Below are positions 9,256 to 18,009 of a DNA stretch of 64,000 nucleotides, in pieces. The stretch is from Verrucomicrobiota bacterium. GTDB taxonomy: Bacteria; Verrucomicrobiota; Verrucomicrobiia; Chthoniobacterales; Terrimicrobiaceae. The notes below the pieces were generated by a model, which was given only the letters and a program-made list of their open reading frames with translations, had not been told where the DNA came from and searched no databases. The DNA is taken from NCBI GenBank assembly GCA_039797215.1, contig JBDKIG010000001.1:6050-70049 (forward strand), read 5' to 3'. The position numbers and the translations under genes are program-made. Position 1 is the first letter of the stretch. The number at the start of each line of letters is the position of its first letter.

Positions 9256-10092
9256 TCAGTTGATGGTGACGGGGGTTCCGGTTTTCACGAGCACATAGAT
9301 TTCACTGAAATCCTCGGGCTTGAGCACAATTCCAGATGGCATGACTGGCGCCGATCCGTCGGCGGGTGCTGCAGGGGTCGGCTTAATCGTGGCACCGCCA
9401 GCGCCGAGGAGGACAAATCGTTCGGTGTCGCCATAATCCTTGTGACCAAACGGCACGCGAGCCTCACCCTTGCGCGCCATGCGATCCACGACTTTGGTTT
9501 CGATCGCGCTCGTGCCGGGGATCTGGAGAGAAACGGCAGGGTATTCTTTAAAGAATTCGCCATTGTTGAAAATCGTGACTGTCGAATTCGCGCGGTCCAC
9601 GACGATTGCGGCCTCGAATTGCGGCACGAGCAATTGCTGGCCGATCTGGAGATTGATTGAGCTAAGCCCATTCGCCCAGTAGATCAACTCGGCGTTGCTT
9701 TTGTTCTGAGACGCAATGCGCACGAGCGAGTCGCCTTTTTTCACCGTGTAAACAATGTTCGTCGGTGTGGCGGCGGGGTCCCGGTAGAGGGCGAGATTGA
9801 TTCGGCCAAGCACCGCGCGAGCCTCGGCGGATTTCGGAGAATCGGGATGCGCGGCGAGGAATTGGAGGACTGCATCGCGCGCCTGAATCGTATTTTGCGC
9901 CAAGGCCGGTTTCATCGCCTCGAAGGCCGCGATGGAAGGATCGGGGGTCGGCTCCGGCGTGGGGGTCGGCGTGGCGGTTGCCTCGATCACATCGAGCTTC
10001 TTGTCCTTGTAATAAAGCTCATGGAGAAAATAGGCGCTGCCTCCAAGAATGCCCCCGACGAGCAACAAAATCGTGAGTGATTTCAAAAACAT
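9256..10092 (-). CDS. LysM-domain protein with C-terminal YkuD (L,D-transpeptidase)-like fold, apparently lacking the catalytic Cys
   Basis: It has an N-terminal TM segment, a Pro/Thr linker, and a LysM domain (YTVKKGDSLVRIASQNKSNAELIYWANGLSSINLQIGQQLLVP). The C-terminal region resembles YkuD (IVVDRANSTVTIFNNGEFFKEYPAVS ... PSGIVLKPEDFSEIYVLVKTGTPVTI). Confidence 0.75.
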   Translation of the reverse strand: MFLKSLTILLLVGGILGGSAYFLHELYYKDKKLDVIEATATPTPTPEPTPDPSIAAFEAMKPALAQNTIQARDAVLQFLAAHPDSPKSAEARAVLGRINLALYRDPAATPTNIVYTVKKGDSLVRIASQNKSNAELIYWANGLSSINLQIGQQLLVPQFEAAIVVDRANSTVTIFNNGEFFKEYPAVSLQIPGTSAIETKVVDRMARKGEARVPFGHKDYGDTERFVLLGAGGATIKPTPAAPADGSAPVMPSGIVLKPEDFSEIYVLVKTGTPVTIN

Positions 10093-10143
10093 AGGCGAAG
10101 GGGAAAAGCTACCCGCAGGCTTCCAAAAATGGAAACCCCGAAA

Positions 10144-10668
10144 TCAGGCAAGACCGCGGCGTTTCCACTCGGCGATATTTTCCCCGGCGGAGCGCTGGAT
10201 CATCTCTGTGGTAAACTTCAGCAGGCAGACCTCCCAGACATCGTCCACCCCGGCGATCAGCGCGGCAAAAGGATCATCGCCACGTTTCAATTCCTCCTCG
10301 AGTCGCCCCAGCGCCGCATCCATCGGCTCCTTCACGATCTTTTCGGCGAAATTCGTTTTTCGAAATTGAAATCCGTATCGAAGGATTTTGGCCATCGAGG
10401 CATTCGACTCCATCCACTCGGCGAATTCGCGCGCCTCGTCGCCGAAGCCCTCGAGGAGCACCTTGCTGAAATGCTGAGCGGTAAGAATGCGCGGCCGCTC
10501 CGCCTCGATGGTGCCGGTGCGAACGCGAACGGTATCCACCTCGTCGAGCAATTCGCTCACCAGGTGGAAGTGGAACCTCGTCGTGCCAAAGGTCTCGATC
10601 GCGCTATGAGGAGCCACCACCACTCGGGTGTTCTCCATTGCGTAATGAAAATCGTGTTCCTTGAACAT
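10144..10668 (-). CDS. Hypothetical cytoplasmic protein (no family recognised)
   Basis: 174-aa ORF with GC-rich third codon positions, tightly packed in the operon (5 nt after the preceding small ORF). I saw no motif I can name. Confidence 0.6.
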   Translation of the reverse strand: MFKEHDFHYAMENTRVVVAPHSAIETFGTTRFHFHLVSELLDEVDTVRVRTGTIEAERPRILTAQHFSKVLLEGFGDEAREFAEWMESNASMAKILRYGFQFRKTNFAEKIVKEPMDAALGRLEEELKRGDDPFAALIAGVDDVWEVCLLKFTTEMIQRSAGENIAEWKRRGLA

Positions 10669-10673
10669 GGGAA

Positions 10674-10829
10674 TTACTGGGAAACCGCCGGTGCCGGAGC
10701 GGGGAGAGTTTCGACCACCACGGGGCTCGAGGGCATGAAAATTTGCAAGGCCACCACCGCAAGCCAGACCAAAACGGACAGGGCGGCGAGCCAGGGAAGT
10801 GGCACAGAGAGTTTTTCCTCGGAGATCAT
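10674..10829 (-). CDS. Candidate 51-aa single-TM small protein
   Basis: My own translation is MISEEKLSVPLPWLAALSVLVWLAVVALQIFMPSSPVVVETLPAPAPAVSQ*. Its ATG forms an ATGA overlap with the plsC stop (10826..10829) and its stop lies 5 nt before the next gene. It is below the length cutoff of the ORF track. Confidence 0.4.
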   Translation of the reverse strand: MISEEKLSVPLPWLAALSVLVWLAVVALQIFMPSSPVVVETLPAPAPAVSQ

Positions 10830-11440
10830 TCGATTTTTAGGGCAGCGATGGCTTCCATCACACGGTTGCTGAGGATTTGATAATTCTCGCGGGAGGGATT
10901 TTCAACTTCTGCACGGCTGAAATAAATCGGCTCGCCGAGCACCACGGTGATTTGTGTGGAGCGAAGGCCTTTGGCATTTTTCGGAAATGCCTCGTAAGCA
11001 CCGAAAATTCGCATTGGCAGGACCGGCGCGCCCGTTTTGGCAATGACCAAGCCGATCCCCGCCCGAGCGGGTTGCAAGCCCCCATCGAGCGATCGCGTGC
11101 CTTCTGGAAACAAAACCACCGCATTCCCCTCCTTGGTTTTTTTGATGACCTCGCGGAGGGCGGACATGTCATTTCCATCGCGCTCCACGGGAATCACATT
11201 CATCGCTGGAAAGAGGGGGCCGAAAAATGGCCATTTCAAAAGCGTCTTTCGGGCCAGGTAGTAAACTCCGCGTCGGCTGCAAATGCCTGCGAGCGGGGGG
11301 TCGAAAAAACTCGAGTGGTTCACCGCGATAATGAGCGGACCGGACTCGACCATGCGCTCGGGGTGGATAACCCGCATGGAAAAAAACATCCGCGCGAGGA
11401 GCTTCGCGAGGTTGTAGAAAATATTGTAAACAATCGTCAT
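10826..11440 (-). CDS. plsC: 1-acyl-sn-glycerol-3-phosphate acyltransferase
   Basis: It has the HX4D motif (NHSSFFD) and the FPEGTR motif. I set the start at the ATG at 11440 (MTIVYNIF...), which forms an ATGA overlap with the cmk stop. The longer Arg/Pro-rich N-terminal extension in the ORF track overlaps cmk and is rejected. Confidence 0.85.
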   Translation of the reverse strand: MTIVYNIFYNLAKLLARMFFSMRVIHPERMVESGPLIIAVNHSSFFDPPLAGICSRRGVYYLARKTLLKWPFFGPLFPAMNVIPVERDGNDMSALREVIKKTKEGNAVVLFPEGTRSLDGGLQPARAGIGLVIAKTGAPVLPMRIFGAYEAFPKNAKGLRSTQITVVLGEPIYFSRAEVENPSRENYQILSNRVMEAIAALKIE

Positions 11441-12078
11441 TCCGCAGGAATGCCAGAGCCTTTCAAGATGCCGGCGATGTGAGCCACGACGCCCTCGATA
11501 TCGAGGTGCGAGGTATCGATGACATGGGCATCGGAGGCTACGGAGAGCGGAGCAACGCGGCGTGTGGAGTCCAGCTTGTCGCGGTGCTCGATGCTGTCGT
11601 CCTGGCCTTGGGCGGCGCGGCGGCGGCGGCGAATCTCCGGGGAGGCATCGAGATAGAATTTGTGCGGCGAGTCGGGAAAGACCGCCGTGCCGATGTCCCG
11701 CCCTTCCATCACGACATTGAGCCCTTGGCACATGGAGCGAAGGCGCTGGCCGATGAGATTCCGCACGGCCGGAATCGCCGAGAAAGCGGACACGGCTTGG
11801 TTCACCTCGATTTGACGGAGTTCGAGATCGGGAATTTCGGCGTTGATGCGAATGTAGGAATCACCATTTTCCGAAAAACCACTGTCGAGTTTCATCCGCC
11901 CCAGAGCCGCCTCCACACGATCGGGGCGGGCTGGGTCGATCTGCTCGCGAAGCAACTCCCAAGTCACTGCGCGATACATCGCGCCGGAATTCACATAAGA
12001 AAAACCGAGACTGCGCGCGAGTTTGCGGGCGACGCTGCTTTTGCCAGAGGCGGCGGGACCATCGATTGCGACAACCAT
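11437..12078 (-). CDS. cmk: Cytidylate kinase
   Basis: It has the P-loop AIDGPAASGKSS and the SGAMYR motif. Its start overlaps the aroA stop by 1 nt (TAATG). Confidence 0.93.
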   Translation of the reverse strand: MVVAIDGPAASGKSSVARKLARSLGFSYVNSGAMYRAVTWELLREQIDPARPDRVEAALGRMKLDSGFSENGDSYIRINAEIPDLELRQIEVNQAVSAFSAIPAVRNLIGQRLRSMCQGLNVVMEGRDIGTAVFPDSPHKFYLDASPEIRRRRRAAQGQDDSIEHRDKLDSTRRVAPLSVASDAHVIDTSHLDIEGVVAHIAGILKGSGIPAE

Positions 12079-13511
12079 TAGGCGGTGGCCGCTGGACGCA
12101 CGGCAGGTTTGCCGGTCCCCTTGAGGCCGGTGAGTTCACGGGTTTTGCGTTTCATTTTTCCACCCTTCTGAATGACGCGAAGGGTCTGCTCGAAGCCGGG
12201 ATACGAGGTATTCACGCAGTCCGTGCCCTCCATCACGGTTTCCCCACTGGCGAAAAGCCCGGCGATGGAGAAGGCCATCGCGATGCGGTGGTCGTGGTGA
12301 CTCTGGAGTCGCGCACCTTTAAGCGGAGCGCCACCCGTGATCGCCATGCCGTCTGGGAATTCCTCGACCTGGGCACCCATCGCCCGGAGGTGCGAGGCGA
12401 CCACAGCAATGCGGTCGGTCTCTTTCACTCGAAGCTCGGCAGCGTCGCGAATCACCGTCGTTCCCTCAGCCAACGCGGCAGCGACAGCGAGGATGGGGAT
12501 TTCATCGATGACATTCGGAATCTCGGCACCTCGGATTTCGGTGGCGCGGAGTTTACCGCCCTTGATGTCGAGGTTTCCGATCGGCTCCCCGTGGAGTGAA
12601 CTCTCGATGACTTCGCGGATGCGTGCGCCCATTCGAACGAGGACATCGATGATGCCAGTGCGGGTGGGATTGAGGCCGACATCCTTGATCAAAAGTCGCG
12701 AACCTGGCTGGGCTGCAGCGGCCACCATCCAAAAGGCCGCGCTGGAAATATCCCCCGGCACCGTGAAATCCATGGACTCGGGAACCTGTCCGCCCTCGAG
12801 CGTGGTGCGAATTTCGATGAGTCGGCGTTTCTTCGGGGAGTTTTTGTTTTCCCACACCTCTTCGCGTTTCGCTTTGACGAGAAAATACTGGAGCATCCGC
12901 TCGGTGTGATCGCGCGAACGGACATCCTCGATCACGGTCGTCGTGCCTTTGGCGAAAAGCCCGGCGAGGAGAACGGCGCTCTTCACTTGCGCGCTCGCCA
13001 CGGGCAACCGGTATGTAATGCCCTGCAAACCGGGACTCTCCTCCACCACCAGCGGCGGGCAGGATTTTTCGCCCTCCGCGTGAAGCGAAGCGCCCATCAA
13101 TCGAAGGGGGTCGATCACGCGCTGCATCGGGCGCTTCGAGAGCGAGGCGTCACCGATCAACCGGGTTTGGAAAGGCTGCGAAGCGAGAATGCCAGCCATC
13201 AAACGCATCGTCGTGCCGGAATTTCCGCAATCGAGATCGCCGAAGGGTTTCGTGAACCGGCCCCCCATTCCCTCCACGATCAACTTGCCGGGCTCGGGGG
13301 ATTCGATCATCACGCCGAGTTGGCGCATCGCGGCGGCGGTGCTGCGGCAGTCCTCGCCCTCGAGGAAATTGCTGATTTCGCAGCGCCCGTTGGAAAGCGA
13401 AGCGAGCAGGACCGCGCGGTGCGAGATGCTTTTATCCGGCGGCACGCTGATTTCAGCGTCAATAGCCGCGGCGCGGCGGGATTTGAAAATGTGTTGTTCC
13501 TTGGTGCCCAT
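12078..13511 (-). CDS. aroA: 3-phosphoshikimate 1-carboxyvinyltransferase (EPSP synthase)
   Basis: 477 aa with PPDKSISHRAVLLASL, LDCGNSGTTMRL and a conserved C-terminal half, plus a roughly 35-aa basic C-terminal tail. Confidence 0.95.
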   Translation of the reverse strand: MGTKEQHIFKSRRAAAIDAEISVPPDKSISHRAVLLASLSNGRCEISNFLEGEDCRSTAAAMRQLGVMIESPEPGKLIVEGMGGRFTKPFGDLDCGNSGTTMRLMAGILASQPFQTRLIGDASLSKRPMQRVIDPLRLMGASLHAEGEKSCPPLVVEESPGLQGITYRLPVASAQVKSAVLLAGLFAKGTTTVIEDVRSRDHTERMLQYFLVKAKREEVWENKNSPKKRRLIEIRTTLEGGQVPESMDFTVPGDISSAAFWMVAAAAQPGSRLLIKDVGLNPTRTGIIDVLVRMGARIREVIESSLHGEPIGNLDIKGGKLRATEIRGAEIPNVIDEIPILAVAAALAEGTTVIRDAAELRVKETDRIAVVASHLRAMGAQVEEFPDGMAITGGAPLKGARLQSHHDHRIAMAFSIAGLFASGETVMEGTDCVNTSYPGFEQTLRVIQKGGKMKRKTRELTGLKGTGKPAVRPAATA

Positions 13512-14393
13512 TTATTCGGTGGACGGCTTTTGCGAGCGGAGTCGTCGGGCATCATGGAGAAATGCCTCGATCGCGTTTCGATGACCGTTCTGGAGAGCGA
13601 GTTTGAGTGTCTCCAGAGCGGTTTGCAAGTCGGTGATTCCCGCTAGGAGTTCGTCACGGTTGTCTAAAAAAATTTCCGTCCACATGGACTCCGGCCCGCC
13701 CGCGATCCGGGTGGAATCGCGGTAGCCACCGCCGCCGAGTTCCGCCAAGGAGGGGTTCGCCCCCACGGCGGCATGAACGAGCGATGCCGCGGTCGCATGT
13801 GGCAAGTGGCTGATCCGCGCAATGGCCCGGTCGTGCTCGGAGGCCCCCATCTCGCGCAAAACACAGCCTGCGGCACTCCACAAGGATCGAACCGCCTCCA
13901 GAGCCGAGGGATCGGTCGATGCCGTCGGGGTCACAATACACACCGCGCCATCAAACAAATCCTCCCGCGCGGCTTGGATGCCGTTTTGTTCCGAGCCCGC
14001 CATGGGATGAGCACCCACGAATCGCCCGCCAAGCACAGGCTCCAGCGCGGCAACAATTTTGGCCTTCACGCTTCCGGCATCGGTGACGATCGCCGAGGGA
14101 GGGAGGAGTTTTTTCAACTCCGGTCCAGCCGCAGCAATGGCGTGAGGCGAGGTGCAAAGCACGGCCAGATCGCAGGACTCCAACACCTCCGAGAGATTGG
14201 TGGAGACGGCACAGTGCGGAAGGACTCTCGCTGCTTCCTCCGCTGCTTCAGGCCGACGACCCCAGAGCGAAATATCCCATGCCGCAGAGTGGCGGCCCAA
14301 GGCCATAGCCAAGGATCCTCCAATCAGACCCGGACCGAGAATGGCAATGCGCCGTCTCAGGGCACCAAAAAGATCTTGCCCGAGTAAGGGCAC
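13512..14393 (-). CDS. tyrA: Prephenate/arogenate dehydrogenase
   Basis: It has the Rossmann motif IAILGPGLIGGS, plus GSVK, HPMAGSE and SHLPH. The GTG start at 14393 overlaps the upstream lipoprotein gene by 37 nt, so the exact start is uncertain. Confidence 0.88.
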   Translation of the reverse strand: MPLLGQDLFGALRRRIAILGPGLIGGSLAMALGRHSAAWDISLWGRRPEAAEEAARVLPHCAVSTNLSEVLESCDLAVLCTSPHAIAAAGPELKKLLPPSAIVTDAGSVKAKIVAALEPVLGGRFVGAHPMAGSEQNGIQAAREDLFDGAVCIVTPTASTDPSALEAVRSLWSAAGCVLREMGASEHDRAIARISHLPHATAASLVHAAVGANPSLAELGGGGYRDSTRIAGGPESMWTEIFLDNRDELLAGITDLQTALETLKLALQNGHRNAIEAFLHDARRLRSQKPSTE

Positions 14394-14767
14394 TTCACCT
14401 CGGTGCCGGGAGGAAAGCCACGCACATCCACATACCCCGCGTAGGGCGAGTGGGGACTGGTGACAAAACCCGCCTTGCCGGGCACCGGTGTGCCATAAGA
14501 AATATCACGCGGAGCCGCTGGCGCTGGTGGCGGTGTCGCAACAGGCGTCGGAGTCGGCGCCGGCGGAGCAAAGGGATCGACGACTGGTTGCTCGACATAG
14601 CCTTCCGGAGTCGGAGTCGGAGTGGCGTATTGGGTGCCGGCGGCTCCGTATCCGAAACGGTTCGTGCCACGGTTGAAACGGGAGGAATTTTTGTCGCTGG
14701 TTTCACAAGCCGCGAGCAACAACAAGGCCGCTGCGGAACCAAGAACGATCAGGGAAGATTTTTTCAT
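14357..14767 (-). CDS. Putative lipoprotein with Pro-rich linker
   Basis: From the ATG at 14767: MKKSSLIVLGSAAALLLLAAC, a lipobox-like L-A-A-C. This is followed by a Pro/Thr/Ala-rich linker and a conserved-looking C-terminal segment, GFVTSPHSPYAGYVDVRGFPPGTEVKCPYSGKIFLVP. Confidence 0.65.
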   Translation of the reverse strand: MKKSSLIVLGSAAALLLLAACETSDKNSSRFNRGTNRFGYGAAGTQYATPTPTPEGYVEQPVVDPFAPPAPTPTPVATPPPAPAAPRDISYGTPVPGKAGFVTSPHSPYAGYVDVRGFPPGTEVKCPYSGKIFLVP

Positions 14768-14873
14768 AGGAATTGAGACGGGATAGAAAGACACGGAAGC
14801 CCTGTGTGTTCAAACCAAAATCTCGGAATACGCTGAAAACCCCAGCTCGAACGCCAACCCGGGACACGAAAAA

Positions 14874-15818
14874 TCAAGCCTTCGCCGCACGATACCTCCC
14901 CACGAAGACCACCCCCACCCCAGCAAGAATCAAAAAGAGGCTCTCCAGCGTCTCCCACCCCACGGCTTCGCCCATCACCAACCATCCGGCCAGCACGGCG
15001 ACGGCGGGTGAGACGAAGAATTTCGTGGTGACAATCGACGCCGGGAGGTGCCGGAGCAGCCAGTTCATCGCCGTGAACGCCCCGAGCGAATGCACGAAGA
15101 GTAAAAACAAAAACGCCGAGATCGTTTTCCACCCGAAATCCGCTTTGGCAATCTCGCCGAATTCCCCAAAGACCGCACCAAGGACAATCAAATAACCACC
15201 ACCGAAAACCATCATCCACATCGAACTGCGCACCGCATCCAAATCGGGGGGATGGAGCCTTACAAAGATCGAGCCGATCGCGAACAACAACGCGGAGATC
15301 AGCAAAAGGGAGGTGCCAAGGGTTCCTCCGGAATTCAACCCGCCGGAAAGCCTTGGCATCACCAACATCACCACACCCGCCGCGCCGACGACCAACCCCA
15401 CCAGCACGATCCCTGCGGGCTTTTCGCCCTTCGGCCGCAGAAATTCCAAGAGGACCACCCACAGCGGCACGGAAGCTTTGATGATGGCAGCGACACCAGA
15501 GGGGACTCCGAGCTTTTCACCCTGCGTAACCAGCCCGACACCGCCCACAAAAAGGAACAACGCCGCAATCGCCGCGCGACCGATATTGGCCCTTGGCATC
15601 AATATTTGATCTCCGCGCACTGCCGTCCAGGCCATCAGAATCACCCCCGCGCCAAGAATGTGAGAGGCCGCAAAAAGGAATGCAGGCATGGATTCGACGC
15701 CAGCCTTGATCGCCAAAAAGTTCAGCCCGTAACCGAGATAAACAATGCCAAAAGCCAGCACGATCCGCCACCCCGCCGGTTTGCCTTCTTGTCTCCCGAT
15801 ATGCCCTCCCGTGATCAC
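14874..15818 (-). CDS. EamA/DMT-family transporter
   Basis: 314 aa, about 10 TM segments, with the two-EamA-repeat architecture. Confidence 0.85.
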   Translation of the reverse strand: MITGGHIGRQEGKPAGWRIVLAFGIVYLGYGLNFLAIKAGVESMPAFLFAASHILGAGVILMAWTAVRGDQILMPRANIGRAAIAALFLFVGGVGLVTQGEKLGVPSGVAAIIKASVPLWVVLLEFLRPKGEKPAGIVLVGLVVGAAGVVMLVMPRLSGGLNSGGTLGTSLLLISALLFAIGSIFVRLHPPDLDAVRSSMWMMVFGGGYLIVLGAVFGEFGEIAKADFGWKTISAFLFLLFVHSLGAFTAMNWLLRHLPASIVTTKFFVSPAVAVLAGWLVMGEAVGWETLESLFLILAGVGVVFVGRYRAAKA

Positions 15819-15908
15819 TCGGACAGATTGTCAGCATCGCCCTGAAATTGGCACAACAAACATAACGCCCGCACCACGGCGCAACGCCAACCGACCCGGC
15901 ACTACGGC

Positions 15909-17153
15909 TTAGGATGGCGTGCCGCCGGGAGTCGGTTCCGATTCCGAAGCACTCGCTGGGCGGTCCCAGAAATACCGTTTCAAAAGCACCTTCAGCGTGG
16001 CTGTGAGAGGCACGGCAAGGATCGCTCCCAGCAAGCCACCGAGGATCAAGCTCCACGCCAACACCGAAAAGATCACCGTGAGTGGATGAAGACCCACCGA
16101 CTCGCCGACGATTTTTGGTGCGATGAAAATGCCATCGATGTTGTTGGCCAGAATGAAAATCAGCGTCACCAGCAACGGGTGCATCAAGTCGCCAAACTGC
16201 GCCGCCGCAATGATCACCGCCGGGATGTAGCAAATCATCATTCCGAGGTAGGGGATCAACCCGAGCACCCCGACCATGATCCCGATCAAAATCGCGAAAT
16301 CCAGCCCGAGAAAAAGCAACGCCACCGCGATCATCACGCCATCGATCAAGCTGACGATGAGTTGACCACGGAAAAAACTAATGAGGTAGGAATTGATCTC
16401 TCCCACCAGCGAAACGATCTCGCTCTTGAGCGGCGAGGCGCGCATCGGCAGATACCGGCTCCAATTATCCGCAATCGAGGAACTGTCGCGGAGGAAGAAA
16501 AACAGAAAGATCGGCACCAAGATCATACTCAACAGAAATCCGAACACGCCTAAAAACCCGCCGAGACTGCGTTGAACGAAACGCCCGGCCTCCACCGCCA
16601 AGTCGGGGAATTTTTGTTGAATCCATGTGCCGGCCTCCTTGATGGCATCGCGAACGATCACCGTGATCTGGTCACCGGCCGTTTGCGGTTCCTGCTTGGC
16701 GTCAAACGGATCAAACTCCGCGAGTTTTTGGAGACGATGCAGTGTGTTTGTCGCCAGCGCCTCCGTCTTCGTCATGTAAGACGGAAAATTCTGTGCCAAC
16801 GCGAGCGACTGCCGGTAGGCCGGCGGCGCGATGTAGATGATCAACCCCAGGAAAAAACAAGCGAACGCCACATACACGATCACAATGCTCGCAAGACGAC
16901 TCAGCCGCAAACGCATCGAAAATTTCACAACAGGCTCAAGCAGGAATGCCAGAATCGCCGCCACCGCCACAGGGATCAGCACCGGTTGCAAAAACGAAAT
17001 CCCCTGCACGATAATCGACCCGACGAGCGTCACCACCGCCGCGATGGCGAGGAACGAAAGAGCCGTCACCGCCGCCCAGAAAATCTTTTGCTGAAATGGA
17101 GTCGGATGCTTCAAAGCGCGCCAGTTACTACCCGCCAACCGCACGGCGGGCAA
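15909..17153 (-). CDS. AI-2E (PerM/UPF0118) family transporter
   Basis: 414 aa, multi-TM, with the conserved C-terminal half (GLIPYLG, ... LGGLLGAILAVPL). Confidence 0.85.
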   Translation of the reverse strand: MPAVRLAGSNWRALKHPTPFQQKIFWAAVTALSFLAIAAVVTLVGSIIVQGISFLQPVLIPVAVAAILAFLLEPVVKFSMRLRLSRLASIVIVYVAFACFFLGLIIYIAPPAYRQSLALAQNFPSYMTKTEALATNTLHRLQKLAEFDPFDAKQEPQTAGDQITVIVRDAIKEAGTWIQQKFPDLAVEAGRFVQRSLGGFLGVFGFLLSMILVPIFLFFFLRDSSSIADNWSRYLPMRASPLKSEIVSLVGEINSYLISFFRGQLIVSLIDGVMIAVALLFLGLDFAILIGIMVGVLGLIPYLGMMICYIPAVIIAAAQFGDLMHPLLVTLIFILANNIDGIFIAPKIVGESVGLHPLTVIFSVLAWSLILGGLLGAILAVPLTATLKVLLKRYFWDRPASASESEPTPGGTPS

Positions 17154-17166
17154 AGAAAAACCAACA

Positions 17167-17994
17167 CTACTCAGGCGACTCCTGAGCGCGTTGAGTAGGC
17201 GAGTTCATGAAGGTGAGCTGGCTTTTTTGGCGCTGGAGGAATTCGGCGGCAAGCTTGCGGTAGGCAGTCGAGCCAACACCACTCGGGTCGTGCTCGAAGA
17301 TCGTGCGGCCGTGGCTCGGTGCTTCGGCGAAACGGACGGTTCGCGGGATCAGCGTTTTATAGACGACCTCTTGGAAATGGTTTCGCACCTCGCGCTCGAC
17401 GGCGGGGTTCAGGTTCGTGCGGGCGTCGAACATCGTGAGGAGCAGGCCGGAGATCGAGAGTGTGGGGTTCGCGCCGGTGGCGCGGATGCGGTCGGTGACC
17501 TCCATCAAAAGCCCAAGACCCTCAAGCGCGTAGTATTCGCACTGGATCGGAACGAGGATTTCGTCGGCGGCTGTGAGCGCGTTGGACATCAAGATTCCCA
17601 GCGACGGCGGGCAGTCGAGCAGGACATAGTCGAAGGCGTTTTTCTCACGGAGGTCGTCGAAGGCCGCACGGAGCCGCATCATGTGGTCGTCCATACGCGC
17701 CACTTCCACCTCGGCGCCGGCGAGGTCGAGATCGGAGGGGATGATCGAAAGGTTTTTGATGCGGGTGGGAGAAATGAGATCGGAGGCGGGTTTTTCACCA
17801 ATCAGCGCGGCGTAGATGCTCGGCGTCTCGGTGCCCTCCTCCTTCGAAACCAACACGCTGGTCGCGCTGCCTTGCGGGTCGAGATCGACCAGCAAAACGC
17901 GGACCTTTTTTTCCGCGAGGGCGGCGGCAAGGTTGAGGCTGGTGGTGGTTTTACCGACCCCTCCCTTTTGGTTCGTGATGGCGATGATTTTCAT
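17167..17994 (-). CDS. parA: ParA/Soj-type partition ATPase
   Basis: It has the deviant Walker A NQKGGVGKTTT, plus DLDPQGSAT, LLDCPPSLG and IPRTVRFAEAPSHGRTI. No parB gene lies next to it. Confidence 0.93.
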   Translation of the reverse strand: MKIIAITNQKGGVGKTTTSLNLAAALAEKKVRVLLVDLDPQGSATSVLVSKEEGTETPSIYAALIGEKPASDLISPTRIKNLSIIPSDLDLAGAEVEVARMDDHMMRLRAAFDDLREKNAFDYVLLDCPPSLGILMSNALTAADEILVPIQCEYYALEGLGLLMEVTDRIRATGANPTLSISGLLLTMFDARTNLNPAVEREVRNHFQEVVYKTLIPRTVRFAEAPSHGRTIFEHDPSGVGSTAYRKLAAEFLQRQKSQLTFMNSPTQRAQESPE

Positions 17995-18009
17995 GGATTG
18001 CGGCGAAGG

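Noticed and set aside
10826-11731. Long N-terminal extensions offered by the ORF track for plsC. The same applies to 22222-22413, 26199-26549, 26459-26614, 29003-29512, 55435-55536 and 59872-60450.
   Set aside because: The extensions are Arg/Pro-rich, overlap the upstream gene, and precede internal starts that form ATGA/GTGA overlaps or begin the conserved domain or signal peptide.
14357-14393. The 37-nt overlap between the lipoprotein gene end and the tyrA GTG start, as a possible frameshift or fusion.
   Set aside because: Both frames are intact and have independent features. This is more likely start-codon uncertainty for tyrA than anything unusual.
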